A stretch of DNA of 64,000 nucleotides from Octopus sinensis (GCF_006345805.1 NC_043003.1:33108001-33172000), one strand, 5' to 3'. Positions 39,189 to 51,651 are shown, counted from the stretch's first letter. Program-made: numbers and translations. The notes: generated by a model not told the origin, from the sequence alone.

Positions 39189-39599
39189 CGTGCATACATA
39201 TATTTGAATGTATATATATATATATGTATTTATATACAGATACATATATATGTGTGTGTGCGTGCGTATGCGTGCATGTGTGCACACTCGTGCGTGTGTA
39301 TATATGTGTGTATGTGTATATAGACGTCACTAAAGTGACCAGTCAGCTTGCCTCCTTTGTCAGTCGTAATGATAAATGTTTTCTGTGGCTATCAGTTGTT
39401 TTCACTCTCATTTCTAGCAATAGTGGTGTTGACTAGAGCCCTTAGTCACGTTAGTGATTTCTATATTTCTAGCTTTCGGAATAAATTGCGAATAAGCCAC
39501 CTATACTATAAAGAGTGCATAAAATATTTGAGGACAGATTTATGTTTATAAAATAATAGATATATAATAACAGATAATAAACTTTATTTATCAAAACCT

Positions 39600-40045
39600 G
39601 CTATGAGGATAAAATAAACCTTCTTTTCTATAATGTTATTCAATAAAGCCAACTTTAGCTTCAACAACTGCTTCTGTATGGGATCTAAATCATCTACATG
39701 CACGAATCAAGTGATCCTGGTTCATTTTGGACATTACTCTGACTATGGCAGCTTTCAAAGAATTTTTGGTGTCATGGGCGTGTTCAATTGCCTTCCATTG
39801 CATACACTGTCTATCCAGGGCTTAACAATTATTTCCAGTACAGTTCTATATTTACGGGATGAGGAACTATATATACATTATTTATATTATTTACAATTGA
39901 CGGATATTTGTCCTCATCTTGTTCGTTGTTAACACAACGCTTCGGCTGATATACCCACATATGCCCACTGGCATATGGCGTAGCGGTTAAGAGCGCGGGC
40001 TACTAACCCCAATTTTCCGAGTTCGATTCTAGGCAGTGACCTGAC

Positions 40046-40083
<38 letters not shown>

Positions 40084-40740
40084 GTAATAGTAATAGTGAT
40101 GATAATAATAACAACACCAAAAGATACTTTAGGAGTGAGAAACCAGGTTCGAAATTTCCCCAAGACACCTGATGAAAGTTAAATTTAAAGCCTTGTGGAA
40201 AGAAGTAAGATAGCATCACATGTTCTTCATTGCTGACAGTTGCAGGAAATTTTGGATGCATAACACTTGGATCTTTAGAAGGGTCTGCACATAATCATCT
40301 GTCATTTCTTATGTAAACTCTTTGATCTTGGTCGAAGTTTTTCTCGTTTAAGAAAAACCAAACCAAATATTCTGCCGGATTTTTCAGTTTGTCTAAGAGC
40401 CTCTTAGATTTGATGTAGTGATATTCTTTTGCTTTTTCTAACAAATTGACCTTTCCACATCATATGAAACTTATATCTGATGCCTTCGTGGACAACATTT
40501 CAAAACTGTACCTTCTGAGTCATGGAGATCTTTTGCAATTGACCTCATGGACTTTCTGAGATTTTAATCAATTGTTGAACCCGATTCTTGACTCCTGTTT
40601 CGAAAAAATTACTTCTGCATTGTTGGACCCATTTCTACACAATTTATTTCACTTTGCCTGTTTCATCAGTTAGTACACTCCGATAGTTGTCCTTCATTAG
40701 ATGGAACAGTTGGAAATCGTATGGCAGCAAATCTGGACTG
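39600..40740 (-). mobile_element. Degenerate Tc1/mariner (maT/DD37D-like) transposon interrupted by a SINE
   Basis: Minus-strand remnants read WFFLNEKNFDQDQ, VMHPKFPATV..FFPQG | VLEIIVKPWIDSVCNGR and NSLKAAIVRVMS. A TA-flanked terminus lies at 40740. The left boundary is approximate. Confidence 0.85.
39841..40177. mobile_element. tRNA-headed, hammerhead-containing SINE with inverted 5' segment
   Basis: The plus segment 39961-40177 has an A box TGGCGTAGCGG (39976), a B box GTTCGATTC (40021), (AAT)n and GACAC CTGATGA. The minus segment 39956-39841 reads GGGTATAT CAGCC GAAG CGTT GTGTT plus the tail. Confidence 0.82.
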
Positions 40741-41624
40741 TATGTTTGATTATGTGGGTGATACTAATTTGCCGATAGCTCGATTTGTTGTTAAAGTCGT
40801 GTACCTCACATTATTTAGTTATTCGTATTTAAACTTTCTGCACATCAGACTGGATACGAAGTGCAGCATGTATGATCCGTTGTTGAGAATATATAAGCAA
40901 GTATGCTGGAAATCTTAGTGGGTATAATGGGTAGCTAGAAGAAAAGGAAACAAAAGTAAAGATTTCGAGGGTAAAAGAAAATCGTGCATGTTCTTGTAGA
41001 CCTTATAGAAAATACACGATTCCCCCCTTTAGTTTCATTATATATATATATATATATATCTATATATATATATATATATAAATGGATGTTGTTAATAGAC
41101 AGCCTTATTATGACATTAACTGAACATAAAAATTATGGCCTGTCTGAAGAATGCTTTGCTTTCCTATTTGTACCTTGTTGATGAGATTTGCGTGTTTATT
41201 TTTGGTAAGTTATTTCTTTCTAGAGTGTCCCAGCTTAAGGCAGATACAACTATCGTAAAATTATTCAGCTCGTTTAAAAAAAAATTCATTGGGTGATATT
41301 AGGTAACATGCTGACTCGTTACGAACAAACGGAGTATTATTAGCTCGCAGTAAAAGTCTCCTGTGAATTAAACGGTGGCAAATATACTGTTAAAGGTGCG
41401 TAACCACTTTGATAAGGAAATTACAGCAACCGATAGAGAAATCGGAATCAAATTTTAACAAAATAAGAAATATAATTTATGTATTCCGATAGATATTTTA
41501 ACTATTCGAAGAAAATATCGAATAACTATTAATAAAAGAAAACCTACTCCCTTGAAACGGAGATAGGAATGATTTGGGTTGGAAACCGGAAGCAATAAAT
41601 AATAACAATTATGATAATAATGCC

Positions 41625-42033
41625 TTCTACTATAGGCACAAGGTTTAAAACTTGGTGGCGGGGATAGTTGATAACATTGACCACATTATTTTACTGGTAG
41701 TTAATTTATCGACCACGAAAGGCAAAGTCGACCTCGGCGGAATTTGAAAACAGAACGTAAAGATCGACGAAATGCCGCAAAGCATTTTGCCCTACGTGCG
41801 AACGTTTCTGCCAGATCACATTTTAATAATAATAATAAACCTTTCTATTATAGGCACAAGGCATGAAATATGGGAGAGGGGGAGAGTCAATCACATCCAC
41901 CTCAGTACTCAATTGGTACTTATTTTATCGATCCCGAAAGGATGAAAGGTAAAGTCGACCTCGGTGGAATTTGAACTCAGAACGGGCGAAATACTGCTAA
42001 GCATTTCGTCTAGCGGGCTAACGATTCTGCTAG
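41625..42033 (-). mobile_element. Two adjacent tRNA-derived SINEs, family B
   Basis: Two copies of the gtcgacctcgg..gaatttgaa body (about 41625-41818 and 41845-42033). Confidence 0.8.
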
Positions 42034-42059
42034 CAATAATAATAAAAATAATAATATTA

Positions 42060-42990
42060 GAAGTAGGAAGGTAAGGGTTGTGTAGGATGAAAGAGTGCAA
42101 AGATAAATCACAATACAAGAAATTGAAAACGATTGAAACTGAAAATAGGTGGGTAGAGAAAATAATGCATGGTCAATTTCATAGAGATGTTGAAGATAAA
42201 ACAGACAGAGAAAAAGATGGCTGCGGATGACTAAAAGTGATTTAAAACCGGAAACGGAGTCTTCTAATCTGTGCTGCCCAAGACCAAGCACTAAGAACAA
42301 ACTACATTAAATGCAAAATAGACATCACAGCAGAAAGTGATAAGTGCAGAGTCTATGGACAAAACGGTGAAACTGTATGACATATTACCAGCCAATGTAC
42401 GACACTATCCCAGAAGGAATATAAGAGACACCACTTCAATATAGCAAGGCTTGTCAATTGGACACTTTGCAAGAAGTATGGACTTGACAGAGCAAAAAAT
42501 TGGTACGACCACAAACCTGAAGGCACTGTCGAAAATAGAAATGCAAAGATCCTATGGGATTTTATGATTTAGTGCGACCATGAGGTTGAGAATAGTAAGC
42601 CGGACATAGTCTTAATTGAGAAAGAAAACACTATGCTGGAGCATAGACATAGCATACCCAGCTGACAACAAGGTATGCGATAAGGAAGAAAGAAAAGTCG
42701 AGAGATATGACAGGTTAGCTTGGGAAGTTAAGCAGTTGTGATCGATGAAAAAGGCAGCAGTAGTACTAATAATTGTCGGAGCCCTGGGAACAGTGAGCAA
42801 AAATATCGAGAAGTACATGGAAAAAATAGGGTCTGCAATAAGGGTGGAGCACTTGCAGAAAACAGCACTGCTTGGAACCGCTGGAATACTCCAGAAGATG
42901 CTCGAAATATAAGAGGTGTTACCTTAGTTCACTGGTAGTGAACAGCTGACACTGTAGTTCATCAACAGCGTTAGAAGTTATGTAAAGGCA
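42060..42990 (+). mobile_element. 5'-truncated R4/Dong-like LINE (zinc knuckle + restriction-like endonuclease remnant)
   Basis: Reads MHGQFHR, AQDQALRTNY, KCRV..GETV.HITSQC, KILWDF...KPDIVL and IIVGALGT. It has stops and frameshifts and lies between (AAT)n and (AAC/AAT)n. Confidence 0.9.
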
Positions 42991-43011
42991 ACAACAACAA
43001 CAATAATAATA

Positions 43012-43190
43012 ATTGTTTCAAATTTTGCCACAAGGGCAGCAATTTTGGGGAGGGGGTGAGTCGATTACATCGACCTCAGTGTTCAACAGGTAGTCATTTT
43101 ATCGAGTTGACCTCGGTTGAATTTGAACTCAGAACGTAACGACGGGCAAAATACAGCTCAGCATTTCATCCAGTGCGCTAACGATTCTAC
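43012..43190 (-). mobile_element. tRNA-derived SINE, family B
   Basis: Homologous to the other family B copies. Confidence 0.75.
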
Positions 43191-43232
43191 TACTACTACT
43201 ACTACTAACTACTACTACTACTACTACTACTG

Positions 43233-43285
<53 letters not shown>

Positions 43286-43378
43286 TGGTTTGTTTGGTGT
43301 CACAAATAAGAACGATGTACATAAAATTTCGCGACTTTTAACGTAATTAAAAGAACTATATAAGATAAAGAACGCATT

Positions 43379-43425
<47 letters not shown>

Positions 43426-44229
43426 GGCACGCACGCACGCACGCACACACAAAATCTTATATTTCAGTAACCAAAATCTTACACGACATTCTATACATAA
43501 ATTACCATCAATTACAATAGAAGCTATTACAATAAAGAACAACAAAAAATTGACATAATAAACCGCAAAATCTATATTAAAATTACGTGCGCACAAATAC
43601 CTTCGAACCGTCTTTAGAAACACAGAGGCAATGATACACCATTATGAAGCTACTTACAATACATAAAATGATAATACCTGGAGCAACTCGGGGAAATTCC
43701 CATGGGTTTCGGTAGACAATGTAAAGGCATGAAAGCAACTTATTCAATTAATACTGTTCCTTCAAAAAATTTAATGCATTTTAAAACATTTGAGACACGT
43801 CAGTTAAACGAGCTCAATAACTGTTTTTTTTTAGTAATTGTTAGTAATAATGCCTCAAAATAAAATATATCTTGTTACATAACTAGTGAAACAACTTATT
43901 TAATATTTTGAACAATCATTTCACCTATTATCGTAACTATGATACATTATTGCATTGTCTTGTGAGGAAAATTATATTTTATGATCTAGATATTTCAATT
44001 AAATGAATTAACATTGTTCCTAAATTGAATCGCTTTTGTAAGTAAAGAAATTTCTTCGTTTCGGAAAGAATTTCTGGCTCCAAACATTAGGTACCTATTC
44101 ATACAATACGCAGATAATAAACGTCAATCTTGAAAAGATATAGGACGTGCTAGAATGGGAAGTATTAAAATTAGATCAAGCATAGATGTAAATCTAATTG
44201 CATAATTTTTGGGTCGTCAGCTATATTTA

Positions 44230-44466
44230 GGCTACTGGTTAGGATGTCGTGCTCATGATCACGAAGTCGTGGCTTCGATTCCCGGGTCGGGCGCTGCGTT
44301 GTGTCCTTGAGCAAAATATTTCCTATCACCCTGATCTGTGATCACTTCGACATTTGATGTGTGGGACAATGTGCACATGGTGGACAGGCAATGCCAATTT
44401 GATGGAAGGAGCCAGTTAATGTACAACACTATAAAGAAATCATCCATGCAAGCTGTTAAGCAGCAA

Positions 44467-44471
<5 letters not shown>
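44230..44471 (+). mobile_element. tRNA-derived SINE, family D
   Basis: The head tggttaggatgtcgtgctcatgatcacgaagtcgtggcttcgattcccgg is followed by ttgtgtccttgagcaa and ends at (TA)n. Confidence 0.7.
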
Positions 44472-44542
<71 letters not shown>

Positions 44543-44591
44543 TATATATATATACACACATATATATATATACATATATATATATATTATA

Positions 44592-44770
<179 letters not shown>

Positions 44771-45014
44771 CTTATACGACGTCTTTACACACACTCTCTC
44801 TATAGTCTGTGTCTCTCTCTTTCCTTGCCTCTGATTCTTCCCCCATTCTTATTTGCACCGTCATTTCTATTGCTAAGCCAATCCTGTTTCTTCTCCCCTC
44901 TTTGATTCATTCCTTCTCTCTCTCTCTCCCCTGGTGCCTTCGTCCCTTTCTTTCTCTCTCTCTTAGATTCCTTGCTCCTTGCTTTTCTTTTTCTTTTTCT
45001 TTCTTCCGTGCTCT

Positions 45015-45470
45015 CACGTGACCGCCTTCAAACTGGTCTTTTCGGCTTGACCGCTGCCATGTTAACGTTTGTTTTCGTTTGCCGCAAAGGCATTTTTCAA
45101 ATACGCCAGCCAAGATAAGTTAAAAATTGTCTAAAGTCGTAAGACGCCCGCTGTTTTTGTCCTGCTTACCATTCTTGTTTTCTATTTCTATTTTTTGTTT
45201 CTTGTATTTATATTCGTGTGGCATCCTATCTTTGTTTCGTATACATACGATCCTCTTTCCAAGTAATCTAATGCCTGTGGCTTAGTTTTTCCTTGGGGCT
45301 GGCCGGTTCGGAGCGATATCGAGATTAAACAGCCGAAATTGCTAAGATGATCCGGTTCCCGACAGAAGATTAGAGGCTTCGAGTGACCCGTCTGTTTTTT
45401 TTGTGTCGTCTCTTTGTGTGTTTTTGCGTTCTTGTCCCACTTTGTAATTTATATTTTATATTTAATTTCT
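45015..45470 (+). mobile_element. Unclassified non-coding repeat ending in (TA)n, copy 1 (diverged homologue of 46519-46940)
   Basis: Shares tttccttggggctggcc and gacccgtc blocks with the reverse complement of 46519-46940. Confidence 0.7.
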
Positions 45471-45482
45471 ATACATATATAT

Positions 45483-45553
<71 letters not shown>

Positions 45554-45635
45554 TATATATATATGTATATCTATATATATATAAACATATATATATATAT
45601 AAACATATATATATACATACATATATATATATGTA

Positions 45636-45679
<44 letters not shown>

Positions 45680-45776
45680 TATATAAACATATATTGATAT
45701 TGATATTGATTCTAGTTTCAGCCCATGAGCTGTGGCCATGCTGGAGCACCGCCATTATATATATACATATATATAC

Positions 45777-45833
<57 letters not shown>

Positions 45834-45863
45834 ATATACATATATATATATACATATATATAC

Positions 45864-45940
<77 letters not shown>

Positions 45941-45945
<5 letters not shown>

Positions 45946-46354
45946 TACAGTAGCATCCGCCCTTAGGGGTTAGCCATATTGAAATGGCAAAAATACGTCA
46001 CGATGTGTTACCGCTACTGTATATAACTCACTTTGATATTTATCATTGTTTGATTTCACTTTTTCAATATCAGCGACAGTGGACGCTGGAAAAAGTATAA
46101 GTATTTGTGAAGGAAATCTAATACTCGCCGACAACTATGATTGTCACACGCTGACGAGAGGTCAATACCTCGAAACTCGAGTCCGTGTGTATCATAAGTT
46201 GAAGACGGGAAGGATGACTTTCCTTTGCAAATACTGACAGGACACAGAAAGTGTGTCTATGGCCAGCTGGAGGAGTGTGACCTCCTGGGGCTAAAAACTA
46301 CAGTAGCATCCACCCTTAGGGGTTAGCCATATTGAAATGGCAAAAATACGTCAC
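45941..46354 (+). mobile_element. Retrozyme-like element: 353-nt non-coding monomer with 61-nt terminal direct repeat
   Basis: 45941-46001 equals 46294-46354 with one mismatch. It has a central canonical HHR, (TA)n on both sides and no recognisable coding sequence. Confidence 0.85.
46133..46200 (+). ncRNA. Canonical type I hammerhead ribozyme with extended helix I
   Basis: Reads AACTATGAT tgt CACACG CTGACGA GAGG tcaata CCTC GAAAC TCGA GTC CGTGTG t ATCATAAGTT. Predicted cleavage is after C46183. Confidence 0.93.
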
Positions 46355-46363
46355 TATATATAT

Positions 46364-46406
<43 letters not shown>

Positions 46407-46439
46407 ATATATTATATATATATACATATATACATATAC

Positions 46440-46508
<69 letters not shown>

Positions 46509-46518
46509 CATATATATG

Positions 46519-46940
46519 TGAAATACAAAAAACGGGACAAGGACGCAAATTATCTAGACAAACGATAAAAGAAAAACAAGGACGGGTCATTCGGAGTTTT
46601 CTATCCTCGGTCGAATTCCAGATTATCTTTGCAATTTCGGTTGCTTATACTCGATATTGCTCCAATCTGGCCAGCCCCAAGGAAAAAATAAGCTAAGAGA
46701 ATAATTACATTCCTTGGAAGAAAGCACCGAATGTATACAAAAACAAGGACGGAATAAAAAACAGACGAATGTTACACAAATACAAATAACAGGACATAAC
46801 AACAGGTTTCTTTCGACTAAGGACGAATTAAATTAAGCTGGCGTATGTGGAAGTAAAACCTTACGGCAGGGACATGTGTGCTGTCAATTATGAAACACGA
46901 CTGTCAATACATAAACCTGATGATTGCAAAACGCTTGAAA
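46519..46940 (-). mobile_element. Unclassified non-coding repeat ending in (TA)n, copy 2
   Basis: Diverged inverted homologue of 45015-45470. Confidence 0.7.
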
Positions 46941-47106
46941 GTTCTAGTTTATTTCAATATTGTAAAATTGAAAACAAACTGAGTTGGAAGTTAAGTGATT
47001 AATATATTCTTCTATACACAATCATACAAACTCGGATATCTATCTATCTATCTATCTATCTATATGTCTGTCTGTCTGTCCGTCCGTCCGTCCGTCCGTC
47101 TGTCTG

Positions 47107-47183
<77 letters not shown>

Positions 47184-47249
47184 ATACATATATCACTTTG
47201 CATCAGCTGTCTGAAAATCGGAAAAATATTGTTGTGTATACATGTTTGA

Positions 47250-47560
47250 AATGTGATTCCATTTTCTTCCCGTTGTGAAAAGCTGTGAATCACACTGCAT
47301 GCAGGGAGAAGGCTATTTTCTACCAAATTGGAGATATGCACACTTTCAATAGATACGAGTCCTCCACGCCGGATGGTGTCTTCACTTCATTTAAGGTTAT
47401 TTCTTCCTGTTATTTTCTTAACTTTCTCTATGGTTTCCTTTAAATCCCACTCGTTTGGTTGAAAAACGCTCCCTATTCCCTTCGACCACCGTCTGAGACT
47501 TCCTAAGTGCATAGGTGGGACTGTTGTGTTTTCATTGCATAGCTTTTGCCGTTCTTCTTA
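47250..47560 (-). mobile_element. Highly degenerate LINE remnant, possibly the pre-RT region of an R4/Dong-like element
   Basis: Minus-strand fragments QEEITLNEVK and FTTGR occur across frameshifts. Weak evidence. Confidence 0.3.
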
Positions 47561-48880
47561 CTGTCGGTGACTCTCAATGTCTCTACGATTTGTAAGAGTG
47601 AGACAGACTTCACATGCAGACTGATCAGTTTCTGGCAGAGAACAGGGCAATTTTGTGACGACCCAATTGTTGTATCTGTGGCTACCTTAAAAATATCAAG
47701 TTCTCTAATTAGTTGTTGTTTTTCTCTTTAAAGCCTTGTAGCTTTATGTGTAGATATCACATATAATGATTTTTACTGTTACATGAGTAGCAACTATGAT
47801 TTCTGCCTAGGAGAGCGAGATTTCAAGTCTTTCTTTCGTTATGTTATAGAAGTTGCAATTCTGAAAGTGTTTTGTTGTTTTACTGGCTTACAGGAACGTG
47901 CATAATCATAGTGACCTCACATGACAGAATAACAAGGAAAGTTATACCACGGTAAAACCAATAACATACACTGTGCTGCGTTGTCATCAGTGTGCCGCGT
48001 TGTTATGAATGTGCCCTGTTGTCATTACTGTATCGCGTTGTCATCACTGTGCCGCATAGTAATCATCGTGTCTGACATAGACACTTGTGTTGTTCTTTTT
48101 CGAATATATGGTGCGGTCTGTTTAGGGAAATCTGAACATGCGCTTTATTCTTGTGCTCCGTTGGTGCAATCCTCTTCCGTCTCCCTGAAAAGAAGATTTC
48201 ATCTAACGTATCTTCAAGGACTGAGTCTAAAAGTTCATTGGAAAGTGTAATAGGAAACAACCATACATTTTAGCGAAGCACAGCAAAGTTACACTAATCT
48301 CCCACTGCCGCTGGACTTGTGCATAGATCGTATTACGAATGTGACTATTTAGATAAAATAGTACCGCGCTTTAGATTTTTTCAGTAAAATGTTCCATAAT
48401 TAGAGTTGTGTTAAGAACGATTTCGAACGATTGCGTTTTGTTCTTGTTCGCCTAGTTTCATGAATTGATTATATCTCTCTTATTCTAGCTGTTAAATGTG
48501 ATATATATGTATCTTTTAATAATTCTGCTTGTCATTCCGTTAGATAGCCCGTCCGTAACGCTTCCACGTGTTTAGTTGAGGAGGTGGTGGGAATAATGGA
48601 ACGGTTGGGGAAGAATAATGGAACGGTTGGGGAAGATAATTGGGAGAGAGAGGAAAAGGAGGGCGAGGAGAGGAAGGGTGAGGGAGAGGTGGTGGTGAGT
48701 GAAATGTGTAATTTTTTAAACTGAGTTGTTTTCTTCCGTTACTTAGCCCGTCTATAACGCTTTCTCGTGAATAGTTGATGGGAAAGGCAAAGAGCGAAAG
48801 AAAAAGGAGAGAGAAAAGAGGACAAAGCGCAGAGGGAGAGTGTTTTGTTTTCTTCTGTTTGTGAACCTTTGTCGAACATT

Positions 48881-49495
48881 TCTAGGTGACCCTGTCTGTC
48901 ACCCTGCCCCAGCTCTTGTCCACTTGGAGATCCAGACCGAACCAGACTGCAAGTAACTTAACAATCCTTACATCCTGCGCCCCATCACGCTGTCGGTTGG
49001 CATGGGCCTACCTCACCACGTGCCGAGCTGCAGGCCCACTGACTTCTTCTGGTTGATCACCGCTTCGTATTCCCTTAAAGTAGTGTTGAGCATCTCGATT
49101 TCTGAAATGTCCGATACTATCAAGGTGACGTAGTCCGCATATGCCGACACAAACTTTCCGCATCGCAGTTCATGCGGAATGCCTCTCGAACCTTCAGCGT
49201 CAGCAGTAATGACTCGAATGCCAGTACGTACGGAAGGGGTGAGATTGGGCATCCTTGACGGACCGAACGTGCGGTACTAAACGATTCCGTCAGGTGGCCA
49301 TTTTCTTTCACCACCGAACAGATGTCACTGTACTTTGCAGCGATCCAGCCTCTGAAAACAGGACCTAAACCAGCTACCTTGAGACTATTTGATCCCGGAG
49401 ACTGTTATCGGCATTTCGCAGAACTCCATGTACCGGTCGAAAGCCACGGCATACCATCGAGGTAGAGAGTGAAGTTCACCTCCGCCTCCGGGCCA
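48881..49495 (-). mobile_element. L1/Tx1-like LINE reverse transcriptase fragment
   Basis: Reads AFDR, GLGPVFRGWI, SVRQGCPISPL, VSAYADYV and INQKKSVGLQLGTW across frameshifts. Confidence 0.85.
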
Positions 49496-49521
49496 GTGAT
49501 GATGATGATGATGATGATGAT

Positions 49522-49574
<53 letters not shown>

Positions 49575-49576
<2 letters not shown>

Positions 49577-51427
49577 GTTATAATGAAGAACTGTAAGCAG
49601 TACCAAAAAACACTTATGCATGGCCTGGATAGACTTCAACAAGGCTTACGACATGTTGCCGCATTCGTAGAATTTGGAAACACTCGACATGCATTCATAG
49701 TTGGAAATGCGTCTTTCCTGTAAAAACCAGCATTTAGCCGACGTAACAACCAAAAGAGGTATCTTCCAGGGAGACATTTGTTCACCACTGTTATTTGCTA
49801 TAGCCTTGATCCCACTTTGTTTAGTCCTATGTAAAATCAACGTGCACTATGAGTTGAGAAATAACAGACCTCGTTTCAACCACCTTCTCTTCAAGGGTGA
49901 TTTATATATGTTCGCAAAAACAAAGCCTGAAATGGAGAGGCTGGTTGAGACTGTGCAAATGTGCAGCAAGGATATAAGGCTGGAATTCGGTATCTCGAAG
50001 TGTGAAGTGCTTACTTTGAAGCGGGGGAAAAGAATAAATTGTAGGGGCATAGAATTACCAAATGGGGAGAAAATAGGAGGCCCAGATGATGATGGGTACA
50101 AGTACCTTGGGATACTGGAGCTGGATAATATCCTGCACAGATAAATGAAAGACAACGTCACCACTGCATATTTCAAGCGCCTGAAACATCTCATGAAATC
50201 GAAGAAACCTTGTGACTATCACCAACATATGGGCTGTTAGTCCGCTATAGTGCACCCATCCTGAGATGGACACAAGTGGAGGTTGACCAACTCGATCGCA
50301 CTACCCGACAGACAATGACAATGCATGATGCCCTCCACCCTAAGGTAAATGTACACAGGTTCTACATGAAAAGATGTAAGGATGGACGTGGCTTGATTAG
50401 CGAACGGGAGTGCATCAGCAGTGAAAGAAGGAACATGACAGAATATTTGGTAAACAGGAAAGGAGACTTGCTACAATATGCTGCAAGTGCAGAAGGGTTT
50501 AACAAAAATGGACTTGAGAGTGCTCATGAATTCCGAACAAGAACAGCCAAGAGATAAGAAACACCCCCCTCCGTATGGAATTACATAGTTAGTTCAACCG
50601 TGAAACCAACAAATTAAAAGACCAGGAAGCATCATAGAGGTGGCTCCAGAAGGGTAACTTAAAAAAGAATACTGAAAGCCTAATCATCAAGGCCCAGGAC
50701 AAGGTATTAAATATCAACTCAGTGCAAAAGAATATATACCACACAAGTGCATCGGACTCCTATAGAATCTGTGAGAAGAGAGTCGAAACTATGATTCACA
50801 TTGTTAGTGCTTGTGAAAGTCATGCGCAGAAAGAGTACAAACGTAGAGATGACAAAGTAGCCCAAAATCTCGACTGGCTACTATGCCGTAAGTATGGATA
50901 TGAGTTTACGTGTGCTTTGTACCGTCATGCACCGGAAAGGTAATGGACGAAAAGGGGAAGACAAAAATCCTCTGGGACTTTGATTTCCAGACAGACACAG
51001 TGTTAGAGCACCGAAGGCCAGATATAGTAACCTTTAGGAGGGACAAACAAGGGTGCCTAATAATCGACGTAGCAGTGCCAGGAGATCAACACATCATCAT
51101 GAAAGAACGAGAAAAAGTTGATAAATATGGAGACCTGAGAATTGAGATCGCTAAGATGTGGCAGTTACGAGATTCAAACATAAAGGTTATCCCTATTGTC
51201 ATCGGAGCATTGGGTTCAATACCAACCAATCTAAAAAAAGCATCCGAAAACCTTAGAAATACCCTACAATCTAGACGTATTGCAAAAATCGGCATTATTT
51301 GGAACTGCCCGCATATCGCGTAACGTACTGTCTGAGAGCCTTGCGACTTGACGGACAGTACAAACCCCCGGTAGACACAATATCTTCAATCAACAACCTC
51401 ACGATATTGTATACTCTTCGACGTCTA
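49575..51427 (+). mobile_element. 5'-truncated R4/Dong-like LINE (RT, zinc knuckle, restriction-like endonuclease)
   Basis: Reads RGIFQGDICSPLLF, NHLLFKGDL, EFGISKC, YKYLGILE, ETMIHIVSAC, KILWDFDFQTD..HRRPDIV, IIDVAVPGD and VIPIVIGALG. It is flanked by (AAT)n on both sides and carries many disabling lesions. Confidence 0.92.
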
Positions 51428-51429
51428 TG

Positions 51430-51574
<145 letters not shown>

Positions 51575-51603
51575 TAATATTAATAATAATAATAATAATG
51601 ATG

Positions 51604-51651
<48 letters not shown>

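Noticed and set aside
39965-40045. tRNA gene (also 25975-26044 and 44230-44290)
   Set aside because: A and B boxes are present but the acceptor and T stems are incomplete, and each continues into a SINE body. These are SINE heads.
46913-46945. CTGATGA ttgcaaaacgctt GAAA gtt
   Set aside because: Only a 2-bp helix II forms and there is no valid helix I or III arrangement.
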